Shown piece by piece: positions 14,721 through 29,236 of a stretch of 64,000 nt of DNA. The stretch is taken from the NCBI GenBank assembly GCA_037379345.1, contig CM074515.1, positions 12,090,001 through 12,154,000 on the forward strand, given 5' to 3'. The DNA is from Perna viridis (taxonomy: Eukaryota). The notes below the pieces were generated by a model. The model ran no database searches. It was not told the origin of the DNA and was given only the letters and a program-made list of their open reading frames with translations. The translations under genes and the position numbers were made by a program. Position 1 is the stretch's first letter, and each line of letters begins with the position of its first letter.

Positions 14721-15265
14721 AAAGTGAGGAGGAACTTAAAAACAATATCTTATGATAGTTCCTCATTTGACTACCACTTTTTTATCATCCATGCAATGTT
14801 GTTAGATCTCTCTTCCACAATAATGCTATCAGAGGGATACATTCAATCAATAAACTTTTTAATACATTCTTTAATATAAAGAGAAGGACCACAACTTGGC
14901 CAAAGAAAGCCATCTTACAGGATAAGGTCAAGGTCATAAAATCACTTATGACTACAGGAAGTCGAACTCATAATCACTTTTGACCAAAGTAAGTCATGAC
15001 CATAAGATTACTGCTAATTACAGATACTAGTACATTGAATCAAGTAAATTCAAGTTTTCAAATTTCATTACATGTATTTGTTACCATTTTGAAAATCCAA
15101 GATGGCCAAAAGGAGAATCCAGGCATTAACAAGTCCTCTCCATCTTTGTCTATCTCTCACTAAAGTGGTTGTGTCAGTCACCAAAGTGAGGAGAAACTTA
15201 AGAATAATTTCTTGATAAAGTTCCTTATTTTACTATGACTTTTTTTATAACCAATGCAATGTTGT
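14721..15265. repeat. Pair of ~83-bp diverged direct repeats (14721-14802 and 15183-15265)
   Basis: aaagtgagga...gttcct...atgcaatgttgt is present twice. Confidence 0.7.
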
Positions 15266-16691
15266 CAGTTCAAATCTGTGAATACCACAGGAGCCATAGT
15301 GTTGATGTTCCATATTCAGAAAAAAGATGATAAACATTTGTAAGACTGGATACCCCACAAAGTCACGAAACAGTTACTTACACCACATATATGTCTTCTT
15401 ATTTACTTCTTTTACATTTTCCGTATCAACATCACAAATAAATGTTAATCTTATAAGTAAAACATTGCATGTTAACACTAAGGAAAAGATTGCTGTGAAG
15501 TTCAGTCAATAAAGCAATCAATCATAAGTAATATATAATTCTAAAAAGGACACAAAAGCATTACCAATGTTTTCTCTTCATAATACAATGAGGGCAGGTG
15601 GCACTTTGCCAAATTTCATTAAAACCAAATGGAATGGTTCTCCCATAAGCCTGTCATTCAATAGACAATAAACTAATAAGGATATTCTTCTCCTAAAATG
15701 GTGCACATCTGCATGGATCTTAGTAATGAGATTTGTAAATGTGATTGGTCATGCAACATAATGTTCACAACATCCACTTTGATTCAGCAGAAACATACAA
15801 AACTGGACAATCAAAATTTATCAGACAGATGATATTTTCAGATACCCCTTACAAGAAATAAATATCAAAATATGATGAAATAGCTGATTATGGTTAAAAA
15901 AATTTGTTATCAACAATATAAGGGAAGATGGAACACATTTAAGGACATGCTGTATGAGCTCAGACTACCATTGATCTAATAATCATAGACTATTATACCA
16001 TGACACGTCAAATTTAAGCTCAGGTGTTTTCGACCAAAGTTACGATTCTTAAAATGTTTATTGTTTATTTGGAATAGCATGGTTCAGGTGTATAGGGAGC
16101 AGGGTAGATTTGCTAACGATGAGAAATACGAGGCTCGCATATGTGCATATCAACTTGTGCTCAGGTGGGTAGTGTATTAAAATATTGGTTTTATGACTTA
16201 ATCTGAGGTGTTCCAAATGTCAAACGATAAAGTCAACTCATCTTCATCTTGAAAAAGACATTACAATTTTTTTGTAAAATAAGAACTCATTATAAAAACC
16301 ATAATCTGTAAAGAATGTTCAATGATTTCAAATTTCAAATGATGTTGTATTTTTTTGTAGTTAATATTTCTGAAATGATCAAAACACAGAAGTATTCACA
16401 GAACAGACATGTCTTCAGACTCTGTAGAGCACCTGCCTTTGTCAATATTTTTACTTCTGGTTGTCTGAAACATCATTTGCACAGAACAAATTGGAGTCTC
16501 TGGAGTGCCTAAATTGCTCATCTGACATCATCAGATACCTTTCAGTTCAAAGGCAATGGTTTTGTTACTGAAAACTTTTATATAAGGCAGCAATAGGAGC
16601 CATTGATGGTATATAAAAAGGCAAAACCTAAATACATTGTAGTCAAGTTTGGCCTAATATAGAAAATATCACTTGAAAGAAGTTAAGTATA

Positions 16692-16897
16692 CTGTGAAAG
16701 TACTATTGTTCATGGGGTACCAGTTTTTGTGGTTTTCGTGGGTAGGCCAAACCATGAAATTTGATTCCCAACGAAAAAGAGATTTTCATTGATGTGTATA
16801 CTGTTAACTACAAAACCACAGATTCAAGAATCCATGAACTTGTGATTCTTCTCTAATCCACAAAAACTGGTATCCATGAATTAAAGAACTTTTACAG
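16692..16897. mobile_element. TA-flanked MITE, copy 1
   Basis: ta-ctgtgaaagtact ... agaacttttacag-ta; homologous along its length to 34897-35082. Confidence 0.85.
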
Positions 16898-19800
16898 TAA
16901 GTGTTTGTAAGAACCTGGCAAAATGGGAAAAATCAGAAACATGCATGTCAAAACCCCACCGATCTGACAATGTAATATCACTCAAGGATACTTTCTCTAA
17001 TTTGATCTCTGCATCACTGGCTTTGCTCAGAAATTTTTCAATAGAATCTTAGAAAAATGTTTTGACAGTTATTGACCCTTGAAATGTTCATTTTTCAGTG
17101 TACTTTAATGAAATTGTAATTCAATGGTCTGTTTTCCTTGATTCAGATGGTACAAAAAGTCAAATTACATTAACAAAATGATGGGTTTTTTCCATACCAT
17201 GTTTCACCCACTGCCTGATTCTTACATGGACTGACTCTTAATATACACTTTAACCAACTGGAAAATAAGGATTTTCATTCATTTCAAAGATTATTCCAAT
17301 CTGTTTCAGTTGGAAAAAGCAAAGAGCAGCAAAAAATGTCGCTTTTCAAGGCAAATAAAGTCTTGCAACTTCAACCAATCTATGACTAATGTACATAGAT
17401 TATTTGAGAAAAAGAAAAATCATATTTGAACTGCAAAAACCATATTCTGCCTATTTAGCGAAAAAAAAAAATCCTGTAAGTTTGTTTCAATAATGTATTT
17501 TGTGGGTCTTGTTATGAGGATCACTGCAATTTCTTCCTATTTATAATGGTCTTCAAAACAGCAAAAATCCTCAATTCTGGCCATCAAGAGGAATAAATTG
17601 TATATGATGTGACTCTACCAATTAAACCTTTAGTCCATTAAAGTAGGCCTTTTCAAAATGTTCATAAATGTAATACAAAATTTCCATCTATCTATCACAT
17701 TTTTAAAGATAGAAGCAAAAGACAACAAATACTGTCATTTTTTTGCCTCTAAAGGATTTAACTACCACATTTTGTATACCGGATTGTTGTGTCTTAAATC
17801 TTCCCAACAATGACTTTTGAAGGCCTCATTGTAAAAATCATTTTAGTTAAAGTGTTGCCTTCTTTCCAATATGATTTCAAGATGAAATTCAAGAACAGCT
17901 AAATTGTCATTTTTGCCATTCAAGAATAACTATATAAAGTTTTTGAACAAACTGAGCCACATAAGTGTAGATATAGGCCAAAATAAGTTCCCCATAGGGT
18001 TTCAATGCCAACTTTTAGTGGCCACCAGAGCCACACAAAAAGTGGATCCCTTGTAGAGGACATTGACATCATTAACCCTATTAAGAAAATTGGCCAATCA
18101 GAAACTTAGATAGCTTCTTGCAGCCATCTTGTTTGATCAAATGAAACCAAAATTAGATCTTTTGTAGCACTCTTGCTTACATCACATTTCTGCCAAGTTT
18201 GGTTAAAAGTGGTCAAGAGATTTTCATGTGGTTGAACATAATGTGAAAAGTCCATGGATGATGGACAATGGACAACAGACAATGGACACACAGTGATGGC
18301 ATAATATCAACGGTACTGTTGGTCCATGTGAGCTAATAAATCATTGATACAGTTACCAGTCTTTACTTATATCTAAATCACTATAAGAGATATGTAGAAA
18401 ACTGTCCTGTGAGCTAGTGTGAGCCAGTGAAGAAACACATATAATATTATGGTTCCACAAATGATGCTTAAATAAAACAAAGAGAACATTTTTAAAAATG
18501 CATGTTTAATATCAGTAATTATTTAAACTGATCTAAATTAATAAGACAACCCTCAGTTGACAAATACTAGGTATGTAACCTTTATTTTGAAGATTCTTTC
18601 CTACAAGAAGCAATTCAGTTTTTGTACCATATATTGAGTCTGGTAGTTTCTCATGAGACACGATATATTGAGGCTATAACCTACACAAGCACCTGCTCAA
18701 ACTCATTTCCTAGGGCATAATTAATTTAGTTTTTTGTAAAATTAGGAAAATCACCTGCGTGGTTATTTGAACAATAATGTAAGATGACAACTTTATTTCA
18801 GTCCACATCAAACAAACTGAGGCAAAAAAATCAATCAAACGATGATTGGTTCTAATGATAAAGGGAAGTACAAATACATTATAACATTTTCTAATTCATC
18901 TACCTATTCTTAACAGTGCATAAAGAATCCTGTATCTCTTGTAAAATCTTTAATTTCTGGAGTTTTTCTAGGATCCAATACAGTCTTGTCAGTGGATCTT
19001 ATTCCTTTACCGGTCAATTAAAGAAAGAATGAAATCTTTAATTCTACTTTTCTGAGTAGGATGATACTGGAGGTAACACAAGATTCCTAAAACTTGACCA
19101 GAAGGAATGCCCCAAACTGCAGCGTGTATGTTGCCCAAGTTTTTAGTGATTAGCACTTGACTAATTGTTTAAATTTAAGTTTCTTGTGTAAAATGTCTAA
19201 GTCCACAACTATGTTTTTCACTAAACATTACATAGTTTCATGAGGATCAAGCAAGTCATATATGAAAAGTTGCAACCAACTTCAGTTTAAACAAACTTTA
19301 AACAAAAACGTTTACAAGCATATTAAAATGTCTTAAACAAGATATTACTTAAATTTGAATTATTTCGAATTTAGGAAATGAGTAAAAAAATAATTTGTAA
19401 AACTAACCTTTACATAGGGGCTAGTAAGTTTTCCATGCCTTTTTTATACAATTAACCAACAACTTAGCCATGCCAGCATAGCTAACCCCATTAGTAAGGG
19501 TTCGTTTTACAAATTAATTATTTTACTTTTTTTCTAAATTCCAAATTAAAATAATACTTTGTTTATATAAGAATGATAGACTGACATCGATACACTAGTA
19601 CCCTAAAACTTCTTTGTTGTTTTATAATCAAGCTGCAGTCTGCTCTGTGGTGTGAGGGTTTCTTCCTCCTTCATTGAAGACCAATAGGTGACCTTGGACT
19701 GACATCCAGGTGGGGTTGTCTTTGACATATAACTATACCTATTCTTGTTCCTTGCCACCAGAGAGGTGAAAGTGGATCTATTGTAAATGTCCAGATAAAG

Positions 19801-22091
19801 TTACCTACATGTATCATCTACAGGTTTCAATGCACCATAGATAATTTTAGTAGAGACTAGACGGAGGGTAAATATACCAAAATAAATGGGTTTTTATCAA
19901 TTAGTAAAACAAATCCTTAAAAGCAGATACCAAATACTTAGATTAAATGATATTAGTTACACTAGTTCATAAAACAAAATGAAGGAAAAATACACTTTTT
20001 TTTTTCCTGATAGGAATATTACAGTTTTGAAGTAATCAAACCAGATGTGGTCACTTCAAACAATAAAACAGATTGATTTCTGAATGAGATCAATTTCATA
20101 TGTCACCAAATACACGTAACATTTCGCTCAAACATCAATACACATTTTTTCAATTTATTACAATACAAAGTTATCCAGCATGAGTCAGAATCTCAATATG
20201 TTTCACTAATGGTGCTTCCAAGTTTCATGAAAAAAGTTTACTATCTTTGCTCTTTTTTTGATAGAATGACCTTGACATTTACCCTTTAACCCATAAAGGC
20301 TGATTCCCTATATGCATATGGTTTATTGTGGGATGCTTTGTTCTGAGTTGTAACAAGCTTTCTGATTGATTCAGTTTCTGCAGACTAATGTAACTATAAT
20401 ACAATATCTAATTTTGTACTGTCATGTGACATTTTCAGCATTTTTTTCAGCAATTCAAATAGTCAATTTACTTCAGACAGTAGAATTAAGTTACATGAAT
20501 TGTTACTTTTTGTTTCTATTGTAATTTGTAAAGTTTTACAGTAATTCCACAAGATACATACCTGTTAACCTTTTGAATGCTCAAAGATGGAGATCTTTTT
20601 TCCAGCTTTTCTAAGAGGGAGATTTAACATGACGACTTCACAGAAGGATAATGTTGCTAGAAATCCAAGTACACAGATAAGACAAAGATATAAAATCTTA
20701 GAATTAACTGGTACTAAGAGTTTCTTATCAAAATTAAGAGTAATTAGTACAATAAAAAGGATTAGTGATTTGTTGATTGTTTCTCAATGATTATTATGTT
20801 ACATAAATGTTGTATTAACAAAACATTTTTTTCCATATATAGAAAAGGATTGTTCTCTAGGATTTCCAAGTTTCATTGACTTTTAGGATGGCCAGGTGAT
20901 GGACAAAGTGGTATAAGAAATCTGATTGGTCAGCTGTATTGTTGTGACATATTTTCTATTATTTTTCCATAAAAAACTAATGACATTGTTGTTGGATGAT
21001 AGTTAGAATTTCTGCCATTACAAATTCCAAATCTCAAACTTTATATGTTACAAAGGAATCACCCTTTAAAAGGTTGATAACTTGTAAAAATTTAATATTG
21101 CAAAATATATTACCAAAAAGAAAAGACTATTGCTTGAGTTACCTCCCTTGCCCAATAAAAAAATCAGAGTTAATATAAAAGTCTACTTTTGAAGTTATCC
21201 ATTGTCATTGTTTCAGTGGACTTTTAATGAATATATTTAAAATACTATACAGCAATGTGGATTCAAAATATCTGCTGTTGCAAATAGTTTGACATTAAAC
21301 TTTTTTTGTAATGCTGGCATAACCAACTTTTGTTATCCTTTCATCCCTGCAGAATATAATGAAATGGCACACTGATGCATGAAACGTGATAAATGCCCAT
21401 GATTAAACAAATTATCTGTTATAATCTTCAAACTGGACCAAAACGAGTTCCTTCATCCTAATAAATTGTACAGCGTACTTAGAGTTACCTCCCTTATAAC
21501 ACTAAGAACAGTCCCATTTACAGTTAGTTATGTAATGACTTTTTGAAGCTGTTACAATATTTTCATTTGCTCAATAAAGTCAATCTGTTGTAATATTTAA
21601 ATCTGTTTAACCAGAACCACAAATATTTAAATAATTGATTAAATGATTAATATTGACATCTTATAGTCACTTAAAATGCTCAATAAAATAGAATTTATAT
21701 ATTATCCTACGGACAAGATAAACCAACATATGTGTAATATATGACTGTGGTATATATGCATTTTCCATTCATATGTCAACCTCCAAAAAATACTGACATG
21801 ACCTTGAAGTTGTTACAAACTATTGCTAATTGCTTTCTGCATCACTGTATTGACTTTTTCATTGCAATTTGAAACATCATATAGTATACCACTTCCTATA
21901 GTTTTACAATCATTTTGAAAAACTCAGACTAAGACACAAAATAAAAAAAAATAATAATAAAAGATTAACTCCTGTTCTTAGCTTGGACACATCGTATGTA
22001 TATATATATATACATGGACTTGGACAAAGTTTTACAGCATTTTGTTCATAGAAAAGCACTCATGAGTTAATGATATAATTATGTTATTAGT

Positions 22092-22600
22092 GCCCAGTGT
22101 CATACGATATTTTGACCCCTGCAAAATATTGACCCCAGGGTTATAACATCATAGCAAAATTTTGACACCCTCCCTTATCAGGCCTTTCATTAAGAGGCAA
22201 AACCAGGTACCTTTACCCATCTAAGCTACTGAAAGGTACCTCCAGAGTTTTAAAATTTCTTATCCCTACAAAAAAAGGTACCAGAATTGCGAAAAAAGGT
22301 AATGAAACCCCTGCCTTATGATAATTTGACCCCTCCTGTATGGTATTTTTGTTACTTTGTATGTATTATTTTGGTTAATTATGTTCTTTGTTTTGTTTGT
22401 TTGTTTCCATGTCAGGATTACATTCTTTTGATTTCCGCTAGAATCTTGGTTCCCTTGATTACTCTTTACCTCTATCCAATATTTTAACCCCCCCCCCCTT
22501 GCAGCAATATTTTAACCCCCCTGCTGTGATATTTTAAATACATGCTGCGATAAATTAACCCCCATTATGATACTTTAACCACCCTGCTGCAATATATTAA
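22092..22600. repeat. DNA-transposon-like subterminal repeats with an embedded retroelement 3' tail (22345-22468)
   Basis: Multiple atattttgacccc / atattttaacccc motifs. The embedded segment matches 60740-60872 (cttggttcc...ttgat(t/a)actct). Confidence 0.45.
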
Positions 22601-22846
22601 TGCATTAATAAAGGGGCCTGTCTGGTCTCAGTTTCATAATCATAGTGTTGTCAGCACTGGAGGTTTTTGATTCTTGTAAAAATTGTAGCATGGACAAAAT
22701 TTTGAAGATTACATGATGTAAAATAAAATTGTGATCATATATTTGCATTTTTCATAATTAATGTCAAGACCTGTTTTTTTTCCCTAATATGTATAAACTA
22801 AATGTCAATCCATACTTCTAATCCAACTTCACACACAAATATATAT

Positions 22847-23704
22847 ACAATATAGGTACATTGTCGAAAATTATTGAAGATATGTGATGAGGCGACGAAA
22901 CGGGTAGGAAATGCAAGGCTCTGCCGAGCTATTTCCCCCGTTCCAAGCCGAATACACATATTTTCAATAATTTTCGACAATGTACCTATATTGTTTTTAT
23001 CCTGTTATATTAATAGTTTTGTGCGTGTATACATTTTTAAAATACAATTTAAAAAGACATATCCCCTGAGAAGCCCGGATCGTTAAACCCGAAGAAAAAA
23101 ATTAATATGCATGGCGCATGACTCAGTAAACATTTAAATTCAATCCGCATCATATAATACGTCAAAGCTGTTTGAAGAAAATAAGCAATGTATCAAAATT
23201 TATTTAATTCCAAGAGACAAATAAGTTAAATGAACAATAAATAAAAATATTTTGAATGTTGTAAAGTCGATTTTAAGAACATTTAAGTTTTGAATTTCGC
23301 GAGGAAGGTGGAAGCTGACTTGTTTCTGTTTGGTATATTGGAAGTCGTCTGCAAACTGATAATGAATCAAATCTGAACGAGATTCAGGATTTGCCATATA
23401 TATGGCGGTTAAAAAAATACAAACAAAATCATTATTTGGTTTACATAAAATCTTTTATTTCATTCAGGTGAAAACAAAACAAAACATAAAAAAAAAGATT
23501 AACCGGATATGCAATTGCAAATTGTTTATATCGTATCTATGGTGGCTGCCATAATTAATTTACGCATACCAGAAAAAAGTAGTTCCGCCGATCACTTGAG
23601 TGGGAGGAGCCAGAAAGTCGATAACCTGCCAATGTACAGATACAGCAAAAAAATAACCGTATACCTTTATTCGTTTAACTAATAACCTCATTGCAGGATA
23701 AAAA
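22847..23704. mobile_element. Non-autonomous element with 5' hairpin plus a second inverted-repeat pair (Crypton-like architecture)
   Basis: 40-bp arms at 22847-22886 and 22955-22994 (39/40 complementary); tttttatcctg (22994-23004) pairs with caggataaaaa (23694-23704). CpG-rich compared with its flanks. Confidence 0.6.
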
Positions 23705-25315
23705 TTTTTTTTCGTTTCACCTTTTACTGTCCAAAGGTTAATTTGCATTAATATTAAAAAAAAAAAAACTATAAAACAGATAATTAATTATACAATGTAC
23801 TCAAATAAAAGTAATTTCAGCTTAAGAAAATAATTTCCTTGATGAACATAAGAATTCCAAAAACTTGACACTTCTATCAATTTGAATTTTCCAGCCAATT
23901 TTACTTGGTTAAAATCACTGCTATTCACCTTCTGTTTATTCATGGTAAACTATTAATGAAAGGATGGAGAATCTGACTGATGAGTGTGTTAAATGGAACA
24001 TGTTTAACACATTTTATGCTTCTTGACAAATCACTGCAAGAACTAAATTTCCTAAATGCAAATTTATTACTGAATATCTTTCATGGTCTAAAAGGAGTCC
24101 CTCAAATCTTCTGTTGATATGAAGACTAGACCTCAATTCTATTTACAGAAATAATAGAATATTATTGAGCTGAATAATTGCAAGAAGCATATTTACTGGT
24201 TATAAAAGAGGGATTGAAAGAACTAAAAGGTATTACATTTGGACTATATTTTTGTGCAGTGTTCAGAAATAGTAGGGATGTTCCAGTGATACCTGGTAAC
24301 ATAAGGTATTTTGATAAATTAAAAACCTAAAAAAATGTCAAACTGAGATTTTCCTCAAATCATTGACCTTTTTTCTCAAATTGTTTTGAAGCAATCTGAT
24401 GGATCAAAAATTCAGTTGAGGAAGGATTTGAAGAGATTGAGATTTTTAATGAAACCAAACACTGACCTACAGAACTGGGTCATGTTGACAAGAATGTACA
24501 CGTAAGTCTTAATCACTTTTTATCATAAACTCTGTACTATAATACATAAATTTGATGCTAAGGATATTTTCTTTAAACCTCATACATACTAAGCTAAGTC
24601 ATACACATTATCTTTTATGATACATTTAACAGTATATACATTTGTAACATGTGTTCAAAAATCTTAACCAATCTAATCAGTTTTAGTTTCTGTCAATATT
24701 TTCATTAATTCATTAGTCATTTTGCCTTATGTGGATATCACAAAAGATATATAGGACAAACCAGTTCAAAGATGTTTGTGAGGGCAAACCAATGTACCAT
24801 TTTGGAGTTATTTGTTGAACTTACACTTTCAACAATTACAATGCTTAGTAGTTTCTGAGGAAAACAAATTACATAAATGACTTTTTAAATCTAGACTACA
24901 TGTATCTGAATGAGTAATTTGAAGGTTCAAACTATTTTTTATTAAAACAAATATGCTGTTTCAAACAAGTAAGGCTATCATTCAATTTTCAAAATAGGCC
25001 AAGCAATCTGACAGACCAAACGTAAGCCTAATAGGCTTTGGAGGCAAGGACAGATTTAAAAATGAGAAAAACTGAAGGAACAGACAAGTCATGGAATAAT
25101 GAAATTTCTTAGTTCAATTATCTCTAATTTTTTGCAATATTTTATGAAAACCAACATCCATTAGAACTGGTAATATCCATTATAAGTATCACAAACATCC
25201 TACAAATAATCCAAATTATAGCTCAAAAACTAACTAAAGGGAGAAGATAGTCAGATCAACCATATCCAGATGGATAAATGGATAAATGTATCAACAGGAG
25301 TAAATTAATATGTCG

Positions 25316-25398
25316 CTCTCCTCCCCCAGGAAAAGAGGTATAACACTCTCCTCCCCCAGGAAAAAAGGTATAACACTCTCCTCCCCCAGGAAAGGAGG
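25316..25398. repeat. 30-bp tandem repeat, about 3 copies
   Basis: Unit ctctcctcccccaggaaaagaggtataaca. Confidence 0.9.
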
Positions 25399-26580
25399 CA
25401 TGCAGTCCTTGAAACCATCCACACAACGATTTGACAGATCTATGACCGTTGACTGATTGATCGCTGATGAATTGACGATCGATGACCGGCGACCGATCTG
25501 ATCGCAGTTTTGTTATATAAAATGACATAAGATCTGTATTAAATAAAAGAAATGTAAAATAAAAGTATAAATTGATGTTTAAATCTATTACATTATATGA
25601 ATATGTGTAAAATTAACAAAGAAAACAACAAAAACCGTAAAAATACATTGACCGCTATGTGGACACGTGATGCAATCACCAGTTGGGTGGATTGGTTTGA
25701 CGGATCGATGACTGACCAGAAACTGATTGGTGATCGATGACCGATCGCAGTTTTTGTTGCACGAATTGGTTCAGGTACTGTAACAATGGATGAAAATCAT
25801 GGATAAACATGATTTGTATGAAACTACCCATGAAACATGCAGTGTGTATTTACAAACAGTTTCATTATTATATTAATTTAGCACAGTCCAGGCAATACAA
25901 GTCACAAAGGCATTGTTTTTGAATGATCAAGCTGTTGTCTCAACACACTCTCTGCCTTTACAATAAGGCATGTAAATTCTTACTTACTGAAATCAATAAA
26001 TATATATATTTCACAGAATATTATACTTTTAATCAGTGGTCCATCTGTCGTCGGTGAATGACAGATGGCTTAAATAACTCTGCCGTCAGCTGTCCCCTTT
26101 AAAACAATCATTATTGATAGCCTATACTAGTACAGTAGTTACAAACAGGATTTAACACATCATTACTGAGACATATGTTCACTTCATATTCAACTATACT
26201 TGTGTGTTTATTTTTTACAACAAATATCCTAAAAAGGGGCTTGATAACCTAGAAAGGGCTAATAATAATGCTCTTTTGTTGTTTTAGTATCAGTCTGTAT
26301 AAATATCAAACATGAGATGAAACATACATGCCAAAAACTCACAAAATTCTCCTTATTTCTATTTAAAACTAGTTACGGAGCATATAACCAGTTTGGAGAT
26401 CAAAATTAAAGTACTCATGTACTTGGTCAATTTACATCTGATGAGAAACAAAACAATTATACTTAAATTTGACAACAATATTTGGTACATGCAAATACTA
26501 GTAAGGTACCACTTAGACAAAAACTTGTCATAGTGTATTTGATTTCTCATTTCTTTACACCTGGGTTATGGTGTTATTAA

Positions 26581-27146
26581 GGTAGATCCTACATAATATT
26601 TCTAGTAGATAGAACATTCTATTTTTTTTTTCTAAAGTTTACCTTGAATGAACATAATTCAGAATTTTAATGTAAAAAACATAGGTCATCGAACTTGATT
26701 TCAAGATAACTGAAACTTAATAAAGGCAATTTTAATATGGATTCTGTAGGAAATTTTCACTATTTCGCATAGTATTAAAAAACTGGTAGATAAGATTTCT
26801 TATAAATTTATATAAAGAACAATTAACTGACATTCCTTCATATTTCAAAAAGAAAAAAAACTGGGGTTCATCAAACTCTTTTTCTTGAAATATTTAAAAA
26901 CTAAAACTCCCATTACATTTCTTCAAAACATTTTCCCACCAATTATCTCCCTTTGAAAAAAAGGCCTTTTACAGTTCATACTTCTAATTTTACCAAACAA
27001 ATTTTTATGTAAAATATTCTTTTAAAATATATTAAACAAATTATTTTTACATCATTTTAACACTAGTCATTAATTGAAAATATATACATCAGTAAAATTT
27101 TGTAAGATGACAGAAAAGAATGCTCTGTAATAGGTATCATCTTACC
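26581..27146. mobile_element. TTAA-flanked MITE (Kolobok-like)
   Basis: ttaa-ggtagatcctac ... gtatcatcttacc-ttaa; imperfect TIRs. Confidence 0.5.
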
Positions 27147-27197
27147 TTAAATGGAAATTATGATCTATGAATGAATGGAATACTTACTTGGAAGTCT

Positions 27198-27369
27198 GAT
27201 CTGAATAAAGAAGACCCAGACCCTGACTAGATCTGAATAAAGAAGACCCAGACCCTGGCTATACCTGAATATATAAGACCCAGACCTGAGTAGATCTAAA
27301 TAAAGAAAACCCAGATCCTGACTTGATCTGAATCGAGATGACCCAGACCCTGACTACATGTAGATCTGA
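27198..27369. repeat. 32-bp tandem repeat, about 5 copies
   Basis: Unit gatctgaataaagaagacccagaccctgacta. Confidence 0.9.
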
Positions 27370-29029
27370 AAGCAAACTAATCAGCATAAATACATGTACA
27401 TGTTGATAAATAAGTTACCTTAAATGTTGTTATCAATATACATGTAGAGCAAAAAATGATATAAATGCCTTGAACTTCAATAACCCAAACATGTCAGTGT
27501 CTAGAGAGCTATTTTCCCACAGTTTTACTCTTGGCTCAGGGATTGCTATATCATTTTCAACAGTTGATCTTAATTGACAATAATATAGATAGTATATGAA
27601 CTTTGCACTTTGTATGAGTAATCATTCATTATTTGGTTGATTGTATATATGATTTATGTACACCTAAAAAACATCATTTGCTCAACTGGTTTTTTTACAC
27701 CTTGTGTCACCTAAACTATTTGCAGTGTCTGAATCATATATGGACAATAAATATGTGTTAACCTTCAAAAAATATTTTGTCGAAGTTGTGGTCCTTAAAA
27801 CAGAAAAAAAAACAAATGCATTCCCTGAGCAAAATTGCATAAAGTAATTATCAATTTAGAATTAAAATTTGTGAATGACTGCTGGTCAAGCAATTCTTCT
27901 ATCTCCTGAGTCGAGTTTAATCACAATTCAAAATTATGCAAATCTTAATTTCAGCCCTCAATACCTATTCATTCATTAATGATGTAAAACTTGCCTAGAG
28001 AGAAAACAACAGAAAATTAATTATTCAGAAACTAAATTTTTGTGATAAGATTTCTTTTCATTAATAAACAAACTGGGTTTAACAGTATTGAGTATATATG
28101 TTAGCATGAAAATGACAACTAAACCAAGTACAGGAACACTCAGTTGATGGTCAGCGTCACTCATATCGTGCAAATGATTGGCTTACACTGTGTTACAAAA
28201 GATTTTTCGGGATTTTAGTGGTTTATATCCACAAAGATAGTCAAATTATCTACTTGAAGCAACGATGTCCTAGCTTTATAATGCACGAAATGAAGGGTGT
28301 AACGGATATACGGAAAGTGCTATCATTTTTAACTTTGTCTTTATAGTGTTATTTAAAGACTAGTGTTTCATTGTCACAGTCCTGCAAAAAGGGCAACATG
28401 CCATTAACATAATATTCATTGATAAAATTAGATTTTTAACCAGAGATTCATGGTAACATCCTTTCAAATAAATTTAATCAAAATCCATTGAAAAAAAAAT
28501 TGATTTCAAAGGGAGATAACTCTTAACATTATCAGCTGGTCAGAGCTGATTTTTTAACTTGTGAAGAGAGATTCACAGTAGCAACCTTTTGTAGAAACTT
28601 ATCAAAATCAATTAACAAATGTAGACATGAGAGCATTAATAAAATGTAAGGAAGGGATACTCCAACATGCAGATGCCTATCATTATATGTCCATGTGTTA
28701 TGTTGTGGTGGGGGACCAAAATCAAATATTTTTTTTATGTTGAATCAAGTGAATTCAGAAATTCAGCAGGTACTAATTTTTCCTGTTAAAAAATATCAAT
28801 AAATGTGCCTATCCTTGTAATAGAAATGATCCATACCATTACATTTTTCTCACTTTTTTTCAACTGTGAAAATATCATGAATCACCACACAATGAAAATT
28901 ACCATGTTAATAGTATACTAAAGTTGGCATGTTTTTTTTGTTATTTGTTCAGAAACTATTGCAAATGTTTTTTGCTTTGCTTTGTTTTGTTTTTTTTTCT
29001 TTTTGTTGTTATCTGCTTGGTGATTTTGT

Positions 29030-29236
29030 TGCAGCATTCTTGTCTAGAGCATGAAAGGCTGTAAGTTTAAACTCCAGCTGAATTTAACTTTAAAATTGGT
29101 AGTCACTGCTAAGAGACATGAAAGAGATAAAAAGACAACAGTTTGAAATTGGCTCAGAGCAGTAAGTTTGAAGTAGGGTCTGTTGAAATGATAAAATGTT
29201 CATGGATGTTAAACTACAATCAATCTTTCAATCACT
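29030..29236 (+). mobile_element. Highly degenerate SINE remnant (V-SINE-like)
   Basis: actttaaaattggt...gctaag core-like motif and a gatgttaaactacaatcaatc tail similar to the SINE tails at 38.8, 42.0 and 53.6 kb. Confidence 0.35.

Noticed and set aside
23977-24011. CTGATGAG followed by a perfect 9-bp hairpin (hammerhead-like)
   Set aside because: No GAAA follows the stem, so the catalytic core is incomplete.
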